Shown here: one piece after another, positions 36,523 to 45,900 of the stretch
How the letters are laid out: each line of letters opens with the position of its first letter
Numbering within the stretch: the first letter of the stretch is position 1
DNA from: a virus
Taxonomy: Duplodnaviria > Caudoviricetes
IMG/VR virus record: IMGVR_UViG_3300033155_000832
Span: 1-59,301 of that record
Direction: 5' to 3' (one strand)
Length of the DNA: 59,301 bases
Notes under the pieces: generated by a model
What the model saw: only the letters and a program-made list of their open reading frames with translations
Databases searched by the model: none
What the model was told of the DNA's origin: nothing
Translations under genes and position numbers: made by a program

Positions 36523-38231
36523 TAGCTAGCCTCCCTGCTCTGTGCGAACGACCTGCGTTTAGGTTCCTGCGCAGGGGTCGAGGCCTTCGCTTTGCCACCC
36601 AAACGCGCCCGTGTGCTCGCTTTTGGCTTCTTCGTCTTCGTCTTCGTGCCCTTGCCTAAAGTCTTACGAGGCTCTTTAGGTACGCTCCGCTTCTTGCGCG
36701 GTTCCTTGGTCTTCGCATGCTCTCTCGTGATAGAACTGACGTCACGTGTCGGCTCGGTTTTACGCGATCCGTGGTGGTGTGCGTTACCGCGGTCGTTCGG
36801 TATAGGATCCGTACGCAGGTCGCTTGCTGTGTACTCGGCCTGTCCTTTGTCGGCGTCCGGTATATCGAGTCGGTCGTCACACACGGGTAAGCCTGCCACA
36901 TCGTAGTAGCCTACAGACTGCATGAGCGACATATTCCTGCGCATGACGCACTTGATCGCTCCTCCGTCTTCTGCGTTACGCAACGCCGCGAGTACGAGGC
37001 GCGACTCCTGCGCTTCGACTTCTTCTTTCGTCTGGCACATCGCAATAAGTGCGTCTGCTATCGCCGCCTTTTCGAATGACTCTGCGAGGTCGCCTATGTT
37101 CAGCGTGGGCTTATCCATTGACGATCTGTTTGCCTGTGACCCCGTCCATACTGCGCAGTTGTAATCATGTGCAATCGTACGCAAGTCTTCGTAAATACCT
37201 GCCTGTGCGTGTCGCATGTCTTCCGTCCTACGCTCAGCCTTCATAATATCTGCGTAATCGACGATCAGTAAGTCAGGCGCCCACCCATCGGACTGTAACA
37301 GAGACAGGTGCGTACGTAGTAAGCTAGGGGTCATTGTACGCGTCGGATAATGTTTGATGAACAGCTCACCGTGGATGTGCTGTTTACGTCTCTCGGTTAC
37401 GATCTCCACAAACTTCTCAGGCGCGGACGCACGGTAATCAAGGTACTGACCGCACAAGCGGGCATCGAAGCGCATGGCCAGCCGTTCGAGGTTCATTTCG
37501 AGTGTGTAGTAGGCGACACGTAACGGGCGTAATTCTGCGGTGACAGGGTCGATTATGCCGTTGGAGCATAACGCACCGTACGCCATGTTGATCAACGCCA
37601 TCGACTTGCCCCGTTTCGGAGGGCCGAAGATAACTCCCAGCTCGCCTCGGCCTAACCCTCCTCCGAGAGCGTGGTCTAGGTGTGGGATGCCGGACGTGAT
37701 CAGTCTGCTCGGGTTGAGGGATTCGTTGTACCAGCTTAGGCATACCTCAGGACTGACCGTATCCCACGACATACCCATGTCGGTGATGTCTTGTCCAACC
37801 AGCGTAGCCTCTTGTATTAACGGCATGATCGTATGGTCGCCGCGCTGGATCCGCTCGGCGGCCTTCATCACAGCATTACACATCGCCTGCTGTTTGCCGA
37901 ACTCGATCGCGCGTGCCATAACAGCCTGCGTGTCAGGGATCTCGCGCTTGTACGCCTTCGATATGTATTTACGACACAGCGCATAAACCTCGGAGTCTTT
38001 CGCGTAGTCATCGGTGGCTTCTTTGAGCAACTCTTTCGACGGCAAGCCTGCGAACTTGTCTATGTGTGCGAACAACGCGCGGGCGACCGTGCGGTGTATT
38101 ACGTTCGTAAAGTATTCGTGGGATAAAGCACTTCGGTATTTGAGGACAAAGCCCGGCGTACGGCAGGCGACTGCGAGCAGGTGTGCCTGAAAAGATTCTT
38201 GAAACTGTGTTGCGTAGGAGAAGTCGTTCAT
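36522..38231 (-). CDS. DnaB/gp41-like replicative helicase
   Basis: SGIPHLD..LGGG, GPPKRGKS, YTLEM, IVDYADIM, WTGSQANR and AESFEK..IAD motifs. Confidence 0.92.
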   Translation of the reverse strand: MNDFSYATQFQESFQAHLLAVACRTPGFVLKYRSALSHEYFTNVIHRTVARALFAHIDKFAGLPSKELLKEATDDYAKDSEVYALCRKYISKAYKREIPDTQAVMARAIEFGKQQAMCNAVMKAAERIQRGDHTIMPLIQEATLVGQDITDMGMSWDTVSPEVCLSWYNESLNPSRLITSGIPHLDHALGGGLGRGELGVIFGPPKRGKSMALINMAYGALCSNGIIDPVTAELRPLRVAYYTLEMNLERLAMRFDARLCGQYLDYRASAPEKFVEIVTERRKQHIHGELFIKHYPTRTMTPSLLRTHLSLLQSDGWAPDLLIVDYADIMKAERRTEDMRHAQAGIYEDLRTIAHDYNCAVWTGSQANRSSMDKPTLNIGDLAESFEKAAIADALIAMCQTKEEVEAQESRLVLAALRNAEDGGAIKCVMRRNMSLMQSVGYYDVAGLPVCDDRLDIPDADKGQAEYTASDLRTDPIPNDRGNAHHHGSRKTEPTRDVSSITREHAKTKEPRKKRSVPKEPRKTLGKGTKTKTKKPKASTRARLGGKAKASTPAQEPKRRSFAQSREAS

Positions 38232-38386
38232 AAAGCCGATACATGTGTGTGCGAAAATAAGTGCTCGAGGATTCGCAATGGAGTATACAAAATAGTATCC
38301 AGCGGGACGTTACCGTCACCACAATCCCCGAGACACTTAAGTGTTCTCGGCTTTAATGTTATCTGTTGTATTTCCAATGCTCTTCT

Positions 38387-38414
38387 ATTCTAGTGATTTT
38401 TCTACTCACGTCAA
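38387..38414 (-). promoter_or_regulatory. sigma70-type promoter candidate for the helicase
   Basis: TTGACG-16-TAGAAT in an AT-rich gap. Confidence 0.5.
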
Positions 38415-38420
38415 GTGCCT

Positions 38421-39239
38421 TCACCATAAATCGGCATATTTGTTGATAATAGTGGTAGGCACCCGCGGGCTAGGTTGTGTGCGTGGGGTTTCCTTCTGCT
38501 GGATGTATGCCACGTAGTCGTCCCATTTCGTCCCTAAGTCAGGCACCGAGGCTCCGACGTGCGGGGTAAGTACCTGCACAGAAGCGTTCCAGAATACCGC
38601 ACGTTCCAGCTCGCCCGCGTCGAAGGTTTTCAGAGTCTGCAGAACCTGCCTATCTGCTAGCACCCCTGCACGCGCTTGCGATAAGAAGCGCCGGTACACT
38701 CGCCACTCAGGACTTCGCAACTCTTGCGCGTACAGGAACGGGCGTGGGTTATCTCCGAGAGCTGTGCACACGTAGTCGAGCGCCGCTTGTCCCTCATCGT
38801 ATATGATCGCCTGTAGGAACGTGCCCGACTGTGTGCGACGTGCTAAACCATCAGACCGGTCGGTCTTCGTGTGGTCTTTTTGGCGCCTATTGTAATTACT
38901 TGCGCGCTCAGCGCCTCCTGCGCTCGACAAGTAGACGGTCTGGAAACCGTACTTACGTACGCGGGGAGCCTGTCGCAGGTACTCCATATTTGCACGGCAG
39001 TATACGCCAAAGTCGATACCAAGGTCGTGTGATGTGTGCGTCGCACGTGCCAATGATTCTATGTCTTTAGGTGCGGGAACCCATGTGCCACGCCCGCGGA
39101 CGCCTCGAGGCGGGCGACCGAAGACCTCGCTGTGCGCTCGTATGTAAACGTCTAAAGGGTCGGACGTGATCTCCTGTGCCACTGCGGTTGCGCCTAATAA
39201 AGCGAGCGTCTGTGTGGCTGTCGCTATGATGTTCACCAT
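38421..39239 (-). CDS. hypothetical protein between UvsW and the replicative helicase
   Basis: About 272-aa ORF overlapping the UvsW stop; GGAG SD. Confidence 0.65.
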   Translation of the reverse strand: MVNIIATATQTLALLGATAVAQEITSDPLDVYIRAHSEVFGRPPRGVRGRGTWVPAPKDIESLARATHTSHDLGIDFGVYCRANMEYLRQAPRVRKYGFQTVYLSSAGGAERASNYNRRQKDHTKTDRSDGLARRTQSGTFLQAIIYDEGQAALDYVCTALGDNPRPFLYAQELRSPEWRVYRRFLSQARAGVLADRQVLQTLKTFDAGELERAVFWNASVQVLTPHVGASVPDLGTKWDDYVAYIQQKETPRTQPSPRVPTTIINKYADLW

Positions 39240-41845
39240 GCGTTGAACTCCAGCGGGTCGTCGCATTTAACGGTGGTGATCGCCACCGAATATTCCTCGC
39301 GTTCGTAGTGCTCCGCACGATCCGCCGCTTGGTCTATCAACATAGGACTGCCTGTGGGTACCATGTCCACCACCAACACATCGTCTTTCCCTCCAGCTTC
39401 GAGCCTGCGACCACGCCCTATGCGTTGGATCGTTGACTGTACGCGACGAACACCATCGGCTAGGATAACCGCTTCTATCGCGTCCACGCTCTCGCCTTCG
39501 TCGAATACAGTACTCGCGAGAATGATGGGTACGACCTTGTCTTCAAAGTCCTGTTTGCTTTGTGTACGTTCTGCCATCGGTACCTTGCCGTCCACGCGCC
39601 TGAAGTCTAGCTCGTAACGCCTAAGGTATCGCGCGATATTATCAAGGTGGTCGTGTCTGCGGGCAATGATTAGCGTAGGTCGACCCTGCTCTTCAACCAT
39701 GTACTGTGCAATCCGTGCGATACAATCGTTATAGTGCGGGCACTTGACCACATAGGTTGCATACGCGTCTTGATACGCGGACACCCCTTGTTTTTTCGAT
39801 ACCATTTTCGCCGCGTAGTGCGCACGTAATAAACTGATCTTGTTCTCTTTCGGGAGGGCTTTGACCGGTGGCTCGTATAACAACATCTGTATGCGTTCGT
39901 TTGCGACAAGGCCTAGGCGCTTCAGCTCTGCGTCTTTGACTTCGTACACAATGTCACCACAAGCGGCGATCAGTTTCGCGTCCTGCAGTGTGTCGTACCG
40001 TAGGGGCGTTCCGCTCATTCCGATACGCAGGCGCGCGCTCTTAGCTCGCTGGAGCGTGAGCTTATAGTACGTATTCGCAGAGAGGTGGTGCACTTCGTCG
40101 TTGATTAACATGCAGGCGTTTTGCACCAAATTTACGATAGGCCTGTACTTCTTCTTCATCTTGTTTTTAAACGCAACATCGAGCGAGGCGGAGGTGGCCA
40201 CAACAATGTCGCCGGGTATGAACACACCTCCTGCGATAGATCCGACCGTGGGCTCGCCTTGTTCGTAGTAACTAGATAGCGCGTTAACCGTCTGCGTCAC
40301 CAGCCCCTTTTTCGGAACCACCACGAGGATAGGCTGTTGCCACTCGCAATAGACCTTCAGACACAGTAACCCAATCATAGAAGTTTTACCTGAGTTATGT
40401 GTAACTGTGAAGTCGGGCAAAAGGTAACGGTGGTCTTTGTCAACTGTGAACCCTACGAACGCGCCAGCACCCACAGGCGTTACTGTAAAGGCCGACCGTA
40501 GTACGTCCGTGCGCCGCACATAGGGTGTGATTCGTTTCCTTGGGATCCGAACTGGGATGTCCCATATAGCACCCGATATATACACCCGATAATACTTACG
40601 CCCGTGGACGTATTTGGCGGTGCTAGCGGCGTAGAACCCTACACTGCGGGCAACGAAAACGACATCATCCGCTAGCTGTTTCGACACACTGCTGAACTCG
40701 TACGTACTGCACCTGTCACGTATATTCGCGGAACCGTCTGTGTCTATTAAACCTGCTAACACTGCCAAACGATTAGCACGTGTTGCGTATTTATACTGTT
40801 CAGGTATGTATTTATGTGAGCACGTAAACGAAGGTATGCCTGCGTCTAATAGCTTCTTCTTCAGTTTATTAGGCACACGTGCGTTTCGCGTAGGGTTGAC
40901 GATACTGAAATAGGACGCGCGGTTGCCTCTGCTATCTTCTCTGCGATTCACCTTCATACCGAGGTCGTTGGCTAAGGCATAGACCGCTTGGGATATTTCG
41001 TCGTCCATCGTAGTAACCATAGGTGTACCGCTTCCTAGGCTTCCGTCCCCTAGCAGGACGCCCATCATATAAGCGGGGATAGGTTGCGTACTTTGCGGGC
41101 GATGGAAGGTGTCGACAGGCACCTTGAAGAGTTTATGTATGTGCTTCTGTGTCTTACTCCACTTTATGTAGTCAACAACCGGCACATCTAATACGCTGTT
41201 GTCCAGACAGTTCTTAAACACGCGGAGGCGTTTCTTGCACGGGGTACGGACGAGTGTGAGAGGGTGTGTGCCTGTTACTGTGAACGGGTCACCGCGTTGT
41301 GGTGTAACCTTGTACAGATCTGCGACCCCTTCATGGCGTACTAATACACGTCGTGGTGTACCGTCAGGCCCCATTAGGAGATCGCCTAACTGAACATCTT
41401 CCACGTACGCGATACGCCCGCAGGCGCGCATAACTCGCTCCCCGTACGCGTGACAAGATGTTGGGCTCTTCACGATACCACCGCCCGCTTCTAATACAGC
41501 ACGAGTCGCATCGTAGATATGGTCATAAACCGGCACACGCTTGTCTCCTACGGGTACAGTCATGTAGTCGACAGTCAGGTCGTCTAGGTTAATATCAACA
41601 CGGTCGCTGTTGCTGATTTCTGTAGTATGTCCAGCGTCTTCTAAATACTGAACAACCTGCGGTACCATCCCATGCGGGACACCATGCTCATCGTCGTACA
41701 GACTGATTAGACCGTCCACACGGCCTTCCGCATACGCTGTAGTCGACTCCACGTTCTTATCGAAGAAGCACAGACAATCCTCGTATAACGCTAGATCACA
41801 ACCCACACGGGCGTATCCTTGTTTAATTCGTATCTTAATGTGCAT
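39233..41845 (-). CDS. UvsW-like SF2 helicase with intein
   Basis: Spliced Walker A SPTSSGKT, DEVH, SGTP, VFDEG and QRIGRG.R motifs. Confidence 0.9.
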   Translation of the reverse strand: MHIKIRIKQGYARVGCDLALYEDCLCFFDKNVESTTAYAEGRVDGLISLYDDEHGVPHGMVPQVVQYLEDAGHTTEISNSDRVDINLDDLTVDYMTVPVGDKRVPVYDHIYDATRAVLEAGGGIVKSPTSCHAYGERVMRACGRIAYVEDVQLGDLLMGPDGTPRRVLVRHEGVADLYKVTPQRGDPFTVTGTHPLTLVRTPCKKRLRVFKNCLDNSVLDVPVVDYIKWSKTQKHIHKLFKVPVDTFHRPQSTQPIPAYMMGVLLGDGSLGSGTPMVTTMDDEISQAVYALANDLGMKVNRREDSRGNRASYFSIVNPTRNARVPNKLKKKLLDAGIPSFTCSHKYIPEQYKYATRANRLAVLAGLIDTDGSANIRDRCSTYEFSSVSKQLADDVVFVARSVGFYAASTAKYVHGRKYYRVYISGAIWDIPVRIPRKRITPYVRRTDVLRSAFTVTPVGAGAFVGFTVDKDHRYLLPDFTVTHNSGKTSMIGLLCLKVYCEWQQPILVVVPKKGLVTQTVNALSSYYEQGEPTVGSIAGGVFIPGDIVVATSASLDVAFKNKMKKKYRPIVNLVQNACMLINDEVHHLSANTYYKLTLQRAKSARLRIGMSGTPLRYDTLQDAKLIAACGDIVYEVKDAELKRLGLVANERIQMLLYEPPVKALPKENKISLLRAHYAAKMVSKKQGVSAYQDAYATYVVKCPHYNDCIARIAQYMVEEQGRPTLIIARRHDHLDNIARYLRRYELDFRRVDGKVPMAERTQSKQDFEDKVVPIILASTVFDEGESVDAIEAVILADGVRRVQSTIQRIGRGRRLEAGGKDDVLVVDMVPTGSPMLIDQAADRAEHYEREEYSVAITTVKCDDPLEFNAW
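40394..41455 (-). mobile_element. intein (354 aa) with LAGLIDADG homing endonuclease
   Basis: N-terminal CHAYGERV, VT.THPL, MGVLLGDG and LAGLIDTDG motifs, C-terminal THN|S. Confidence 0.93.
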
Positions 41846-41851
41846 CCCGTT

Positions 41852-41879
41852 ATTATACACACTTCGTATACGTTGTCAA
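41852..41879 (-). promoter_or_regulatory. sigma70-type promoter for uvsW
   Basis: TTGACA-16-TATAAT with GAAGTGTG; the ATG at 41845 follows after 6 nt. Confidence 0.75.
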
Positions 41880-41892
41880 GGTATATTATAAC

Positions 41893-41907
41893 GTGACAGT
41901 TTGTCAC
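41893..41907. promoter_or_regulatory. palindrome GTGACA-GTT-TGTCAC (copy 3 of 5)
   Basis: Intergenic; 41892-41909 is the exact reverse complement of 16015-16032. Confidence 0.65.
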
Positions 41908-41917
41908 CCACACTTCG

Positions 41918-42065
41918 TCCTAAAATCAAGGATTGAGCGCCTGCGCTCACGTTGCGGAGCAACCTCGGCTAAAACCCCGTTTCTCCGTACGCATTCGCTT
42001 CGCTCATGCGTAATCAAAACAGATAGAAACAGTAGAGACAGTCAGTGCCGTCATCGCTTCGCTCA
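41918..42065 (-). other. hairpin cluster: candidate replication origin or ncRNA
   Basis: Stems TGAGCGC/GCGCTCA, GTTGC/GCAAC and TACGCAT/ATGCGTA plus two GCGAAGC mini-hairpins (minus strand); downstream of a promoter; no minus-strand ORF in the track. Confidence 0.45.
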
Positions 42066-42068
42066 AGT

Positions 42069-42098
42069 ATTCTACACACCTACTTCCGTACCTGTCAA
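42069..42098 (-). promoter_or_regulatory. sigma70-type promoter firing into the hairpin cluster
   Basis: TTGACA-18-TAGAAT with GTGTG before the -10. Confidence 0.6.
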
Positions 42099-42171
42099 GT
42101 CCTTTTTCGCAGTTTTACGAAAATTACACACACTTAGGGTACTGTTCGCGTAATCTTAGTCAGGTGTTCGG

Positions 42172-42186
42172 GTGACAGTTTGTCAC
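42172..42186. promoter_or_regulatory. palindrome GTGACA-GTT-TGTCAC (copy 4 of 5)
   Basis: Intergenic; preceded by GTTCGG like copy 1. Confidence 0.65.
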
Positions 42187-42195
42187 ATTGGCGGT

Positions 42196-42489
42196 CTATC
42201 GCTTGAATACGTACGGGGCGAGGGCTTCGAGGAGGTCGCCTTTTATATCAGGCGGTAAGTCTGCGCATTCGAGGAACACCTGCGGGGTGTCTATGTGGGA
42301 GCTTTCGCTTAAGAACGCGTCTAGGTCTCCGTCTGCCTTTTTCTTCGGTCGTTGGTCGTTGATACTTTGGTAAGCGTGGCTGTGCTGTGCACACCACTGT
42401 AGTGCGCACAGGCGCGCAGGCACCGGTGCTTTGGTATGTCCGTAGGCTCGGAGAGCTGTAAAGGTGCTGAGAAATGTGCCGTTGTTCAT
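42196..42489 (-). CDS. hypothetical protein
   Basis: 97-aa ORF with AAGGA SD. Confidence 0.5.
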   Translation of the reverse strand: MNNGTFLSTFTALRAYGHTKAPVPARLCALQWCAQHSHAYQSINDQRPKKKADGDLDAFLSESSHIDTPQVFLECADLPPDIKGDLLEALAPYVFKR

Positions 42490-42526
42490 AGGGATCCTTA
42501 CGTTGTAAGGTTAGAGTAGGCCGGAG

Positions 42527-42889
42527 TTATTCCGGAGGGGCGGGAGCTTCGGGTTTTCGTTCTTCGAGGATACCCCGCAGGCGCTCGACCATGGAGAGCT
42601 CACGGCTATCGGTGGCCATGCTGTCGATAGACTTCTGCATGTAGGTTAGCTTGGTCTCGATACTGCTAAGACGCTGTCGATCCGTGTCGTTACGGTGCTC
42701 GGTATGTAGTGTACTGATCTCAGATTTCAGCTCGACGATGGTGGCGTCGTTGTCGGATATTTGCTCGGTAAGTTTGGCGGTCTTCCACACCCCGCCAAAG
42801 ATCGTACCGCCCATCGAAGCCACGAGGGCTAGCGGGATAACGAGGTTGTTATTGCGTATCTGGATCGCAGGTTTGTCTTCGTCGGGCAT
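42527..42889 (-). CDS. single-TM coiled-coil protein (holin-like candidate)
   Basis: LVIPLALVASMGGTIFGGVW followed by heptads; at the end of the tail operon. Confidence 0.55.
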   Translation of the reverse strand: MPDEDKPAIQIRNNNLVIPLALVASMGGTIFGGVWKTAKLTEQISDNDATIVELKSEISTLHTEHRNDTDRQRLSSIETKLTYMQKSIDSMATDSRELSMVERLRGILEERKPEAPAPPE

Positions 42890-42902
42890 GATGTGTCTTT
42901 CG

Positions 42903-45900
42903 TTAGCGGGCTAGGTATTGTGTGAGTAAATCGCGTCCTGTGTCTCCGACTGTTACGCCTGATTCTATACTGCGTACCGACGTTCCGACAGGGAACAAGT
43001 GTGCCACGCCTCGCATAAGCTCCTCAGACATCCGGTCGATTTCCGTGCGACTGTTGGTGGTAAACACCTGCCCACGTGCTGTCCGTAGGTCGACATGGAC
43101 TTGTCGCATAGGGCGCGCACTTGCGGGCGGGTTCGTGGGGTCGGTGTCTGCGACAACCCAATCGAGGGTCTTGGTGCCTGCGGGCAGTGTGTTGGTTGCT
43201 CCGAGGGTGTCGAGGAGCGCTTGGTCGGCTGGAGGTGCGCTTGTGTAGTCATCCCACTCAGTCGCAGAGTCAGGTACATAAATGGGGTGGACTATAGCCT
43301 GTATATTCATCGCAGACGCAACCGAGGACACTGCATCCGTCAGGCCTCGATACTGTACTGCGCGCTGTGAGAGGGCGGTGCCAGACCGTAGATCAGGTAC
43401 GTCGACGTGGTTGTACGTTTGCGCGAGGCGGTTGAGCACGGCTGTGGGAGCGCTCAGCGCGCCACGTACGTCGAGAACAGCGCGGTTGTCGTGTTGGGTG
43501 CGTGCGGTGTAGGCCGACAACAAGCGCGCAAGGTATTTATAGACCCCATCACGATCTAACGCGTCGAATACGCGCATATCCACGATCGTACGCTCGAACG
43601 CGGATACCCAAGGGAACCAGCGCGGAGCCTTCCAGCGGTATAGTCCGCCATCGGACGGTACGCCTGCGGGCGTGATAGGGATAAGCCAGACCACCTCAGA
43701 GAGCTCAGGGTATCGGAACACCCACGCGCCTGATGCTTGCATCACGCCCACCATATCAGCGCGGGCGCCATAGCGCTTCAGCCCGTCACCATCGGTAGGT
43801 ATGTAGTCGGCAGGTATCACCACTGCCTCGCCTGCCTGATAATTAACAGCCACGCTGGCTTCTCCGTACGTACGCGCGGTTACGGATCGTACAAGTAACG
43901 GGAAGAGCGGGCGGTGTCCGTCTGTGTCGTACCGATTCTCCGTGCTTCCGTCGTTAAGAGGGCTCAACTGCAACTGTCCGCCCATGGTAAGCAACGCATT
44001 GATCGACGTCCGATCTGGCTCGACATAAAGACTGCCTCCGAGGGTCGAGGTCGCAGTGAGGTCGGGTGTCTTGGTGACGACCGCCACGATCCATGTTACA
44101 GTGAGCGTGGCGGTACTGGTTATAGCGCCTTCGACGAATTCGTCGACTAAGAACGCGCCACCGACCGTGGCGGTCTCTGCGACATCCCCTGCGATTTGAT
44201 CAATCAGCTCCAGCGCGCCTGCGAGTGTTGCGGTTTCTACGGTGTCTCCTGTGAGGAGGGAGGCAATGTCAAACGCACCTGCTAAGGCTTCGGTTTCAGT
44301 TACAGCGCCTTCGACGGGGTACGTAGTGGGCAAAGTACCTGACAAGGCCTCGGTTTCTGTGACCGCGCCTGTTATGTCGGTGTTGAGGGTAAGCGCTCCG
44401 GTGAGTGCCTCAGCTTCGGTTATGTCGCCCGTTATTTCGGAGGCGGTCGCGAAAGCTCCGGCAAGCGTAGCGGTCTCGGCCACAGCACCTGTTATGTCGG
44501 TGTTGATGTCGAATGCACCTGCAAGCGTCTCGGTCTCAGCCACAGCACCCATAAGGAGCGAGGCAATCGTGAGCGCACCCGACAGTGCTTCGGTTCCTGT
44601 GATGTCGCCTGTCATTTGTATTGAGCTCTCCACTTCACCGCCCGACACAGCCGTTTCGGTGATGCCTCCCACTATGTCCGCGTTGACGTCGAACGTGCCT
44701 GACAGCGTCTCGGTCTCTGTAACCGCGCCTGCAATCGGGTAGATTACGGGTAACGAACCAGCAAGTGCCTCGGTCTCAGCAACCGCGCCCGCTATGTCGG
44801 TGTTGACCGCCACTCCGCCTGCCAGCGTCTCGGTTTCTGTGACGTCACCGGCTATGTCGGTGTTGATGTCGAAGGCGCCGGCAAGGGATTCAGCTTCCGT
44901 TACCGCCCCTGCTATCGTAGAGGTGATGTCGAACGCACCTGCGAGTGCTTCAGTCTCGGTGACTTCGCCTGCCACGTCGGTGTTGACCGCCACTCCGCCC
45001 GCAAGTGCTTCAGCCTCGCTCACATCACCTGTTATGTAGTGCCCTAATCCTACCTCACCACCCATAACCGCGTTTTTGCTGATGCTTCCTGATACTTGCT
45101 CTTCGAAGGACTCGGTCAACTCTTCGACCGTGGCGAGCGTACCTATCCGGTAAGAGCTGAGGTTGCTGTTTGCTAGAGGTACGAACGCGATCTCGGTGTC
45201 GACAGCGGGCGTGAACACGTGGTCGATCCCGTGAGTGTTCCATTCCCCACTGCTGTTCATTGTGTAGTTTAACGTCTGCATCAGGTTGACATCCGCAGTG
45301 ATGTCGTGGAGCTTTGTTTGGGTGTACCCAGTAGTCGTATATGCTCCGCGCTCTTCGAACCGCATACGGTACGTCTTACCTGCGGTCAACGACCACTGTC
45401 CTGTGACGGGGTCGTAAGGGATGGTTCCTAACCCTGCGGGGAATTTAATAGCCTCGCCTATGACGGGCACATGGGCGACCGTCAGCTCTTGGTACGCGAA
45501 CGCCTCGCGTAGCTTGCGCACGGTCATAAACGATGCGGTGGTGTACACCGACAGTGAGCTGTTCAGTGACGGGCGCAATCCTATATGTGTATCGACGGTC
45601 GGTTGTATTATCTTAGACACAGCACTTTCGCTGTGCCTGTTTGTGACGTTTGCGATTACGGCACGGACGTTCTGCTCTGCACCAATATAGGCGGATGCCG
45701 TGTGGTTGTATAGTCCCCACTGTGTACGTGCGGCGGAGCTGGTGGTTGTAAACGTACAGCCTAGTTGTGCCTCTATGATGTACGCCCCTCCGGCTTTGAG
45801 TAGTACTCTGCGCCGGTCATTGTCGGGTACGATGTCGACCCCGTGTGTACCTTTGAACGCCTCCCACGGGACAGACTGCCCTGACGGGTGGGTGGATTGG

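Noticed and set aside
41918-42065. Possible tRNA in the hairpin island
   Set aside because: No T-loop (GTTCRA), acceptor stem or cloverleaf spacing was recognisable
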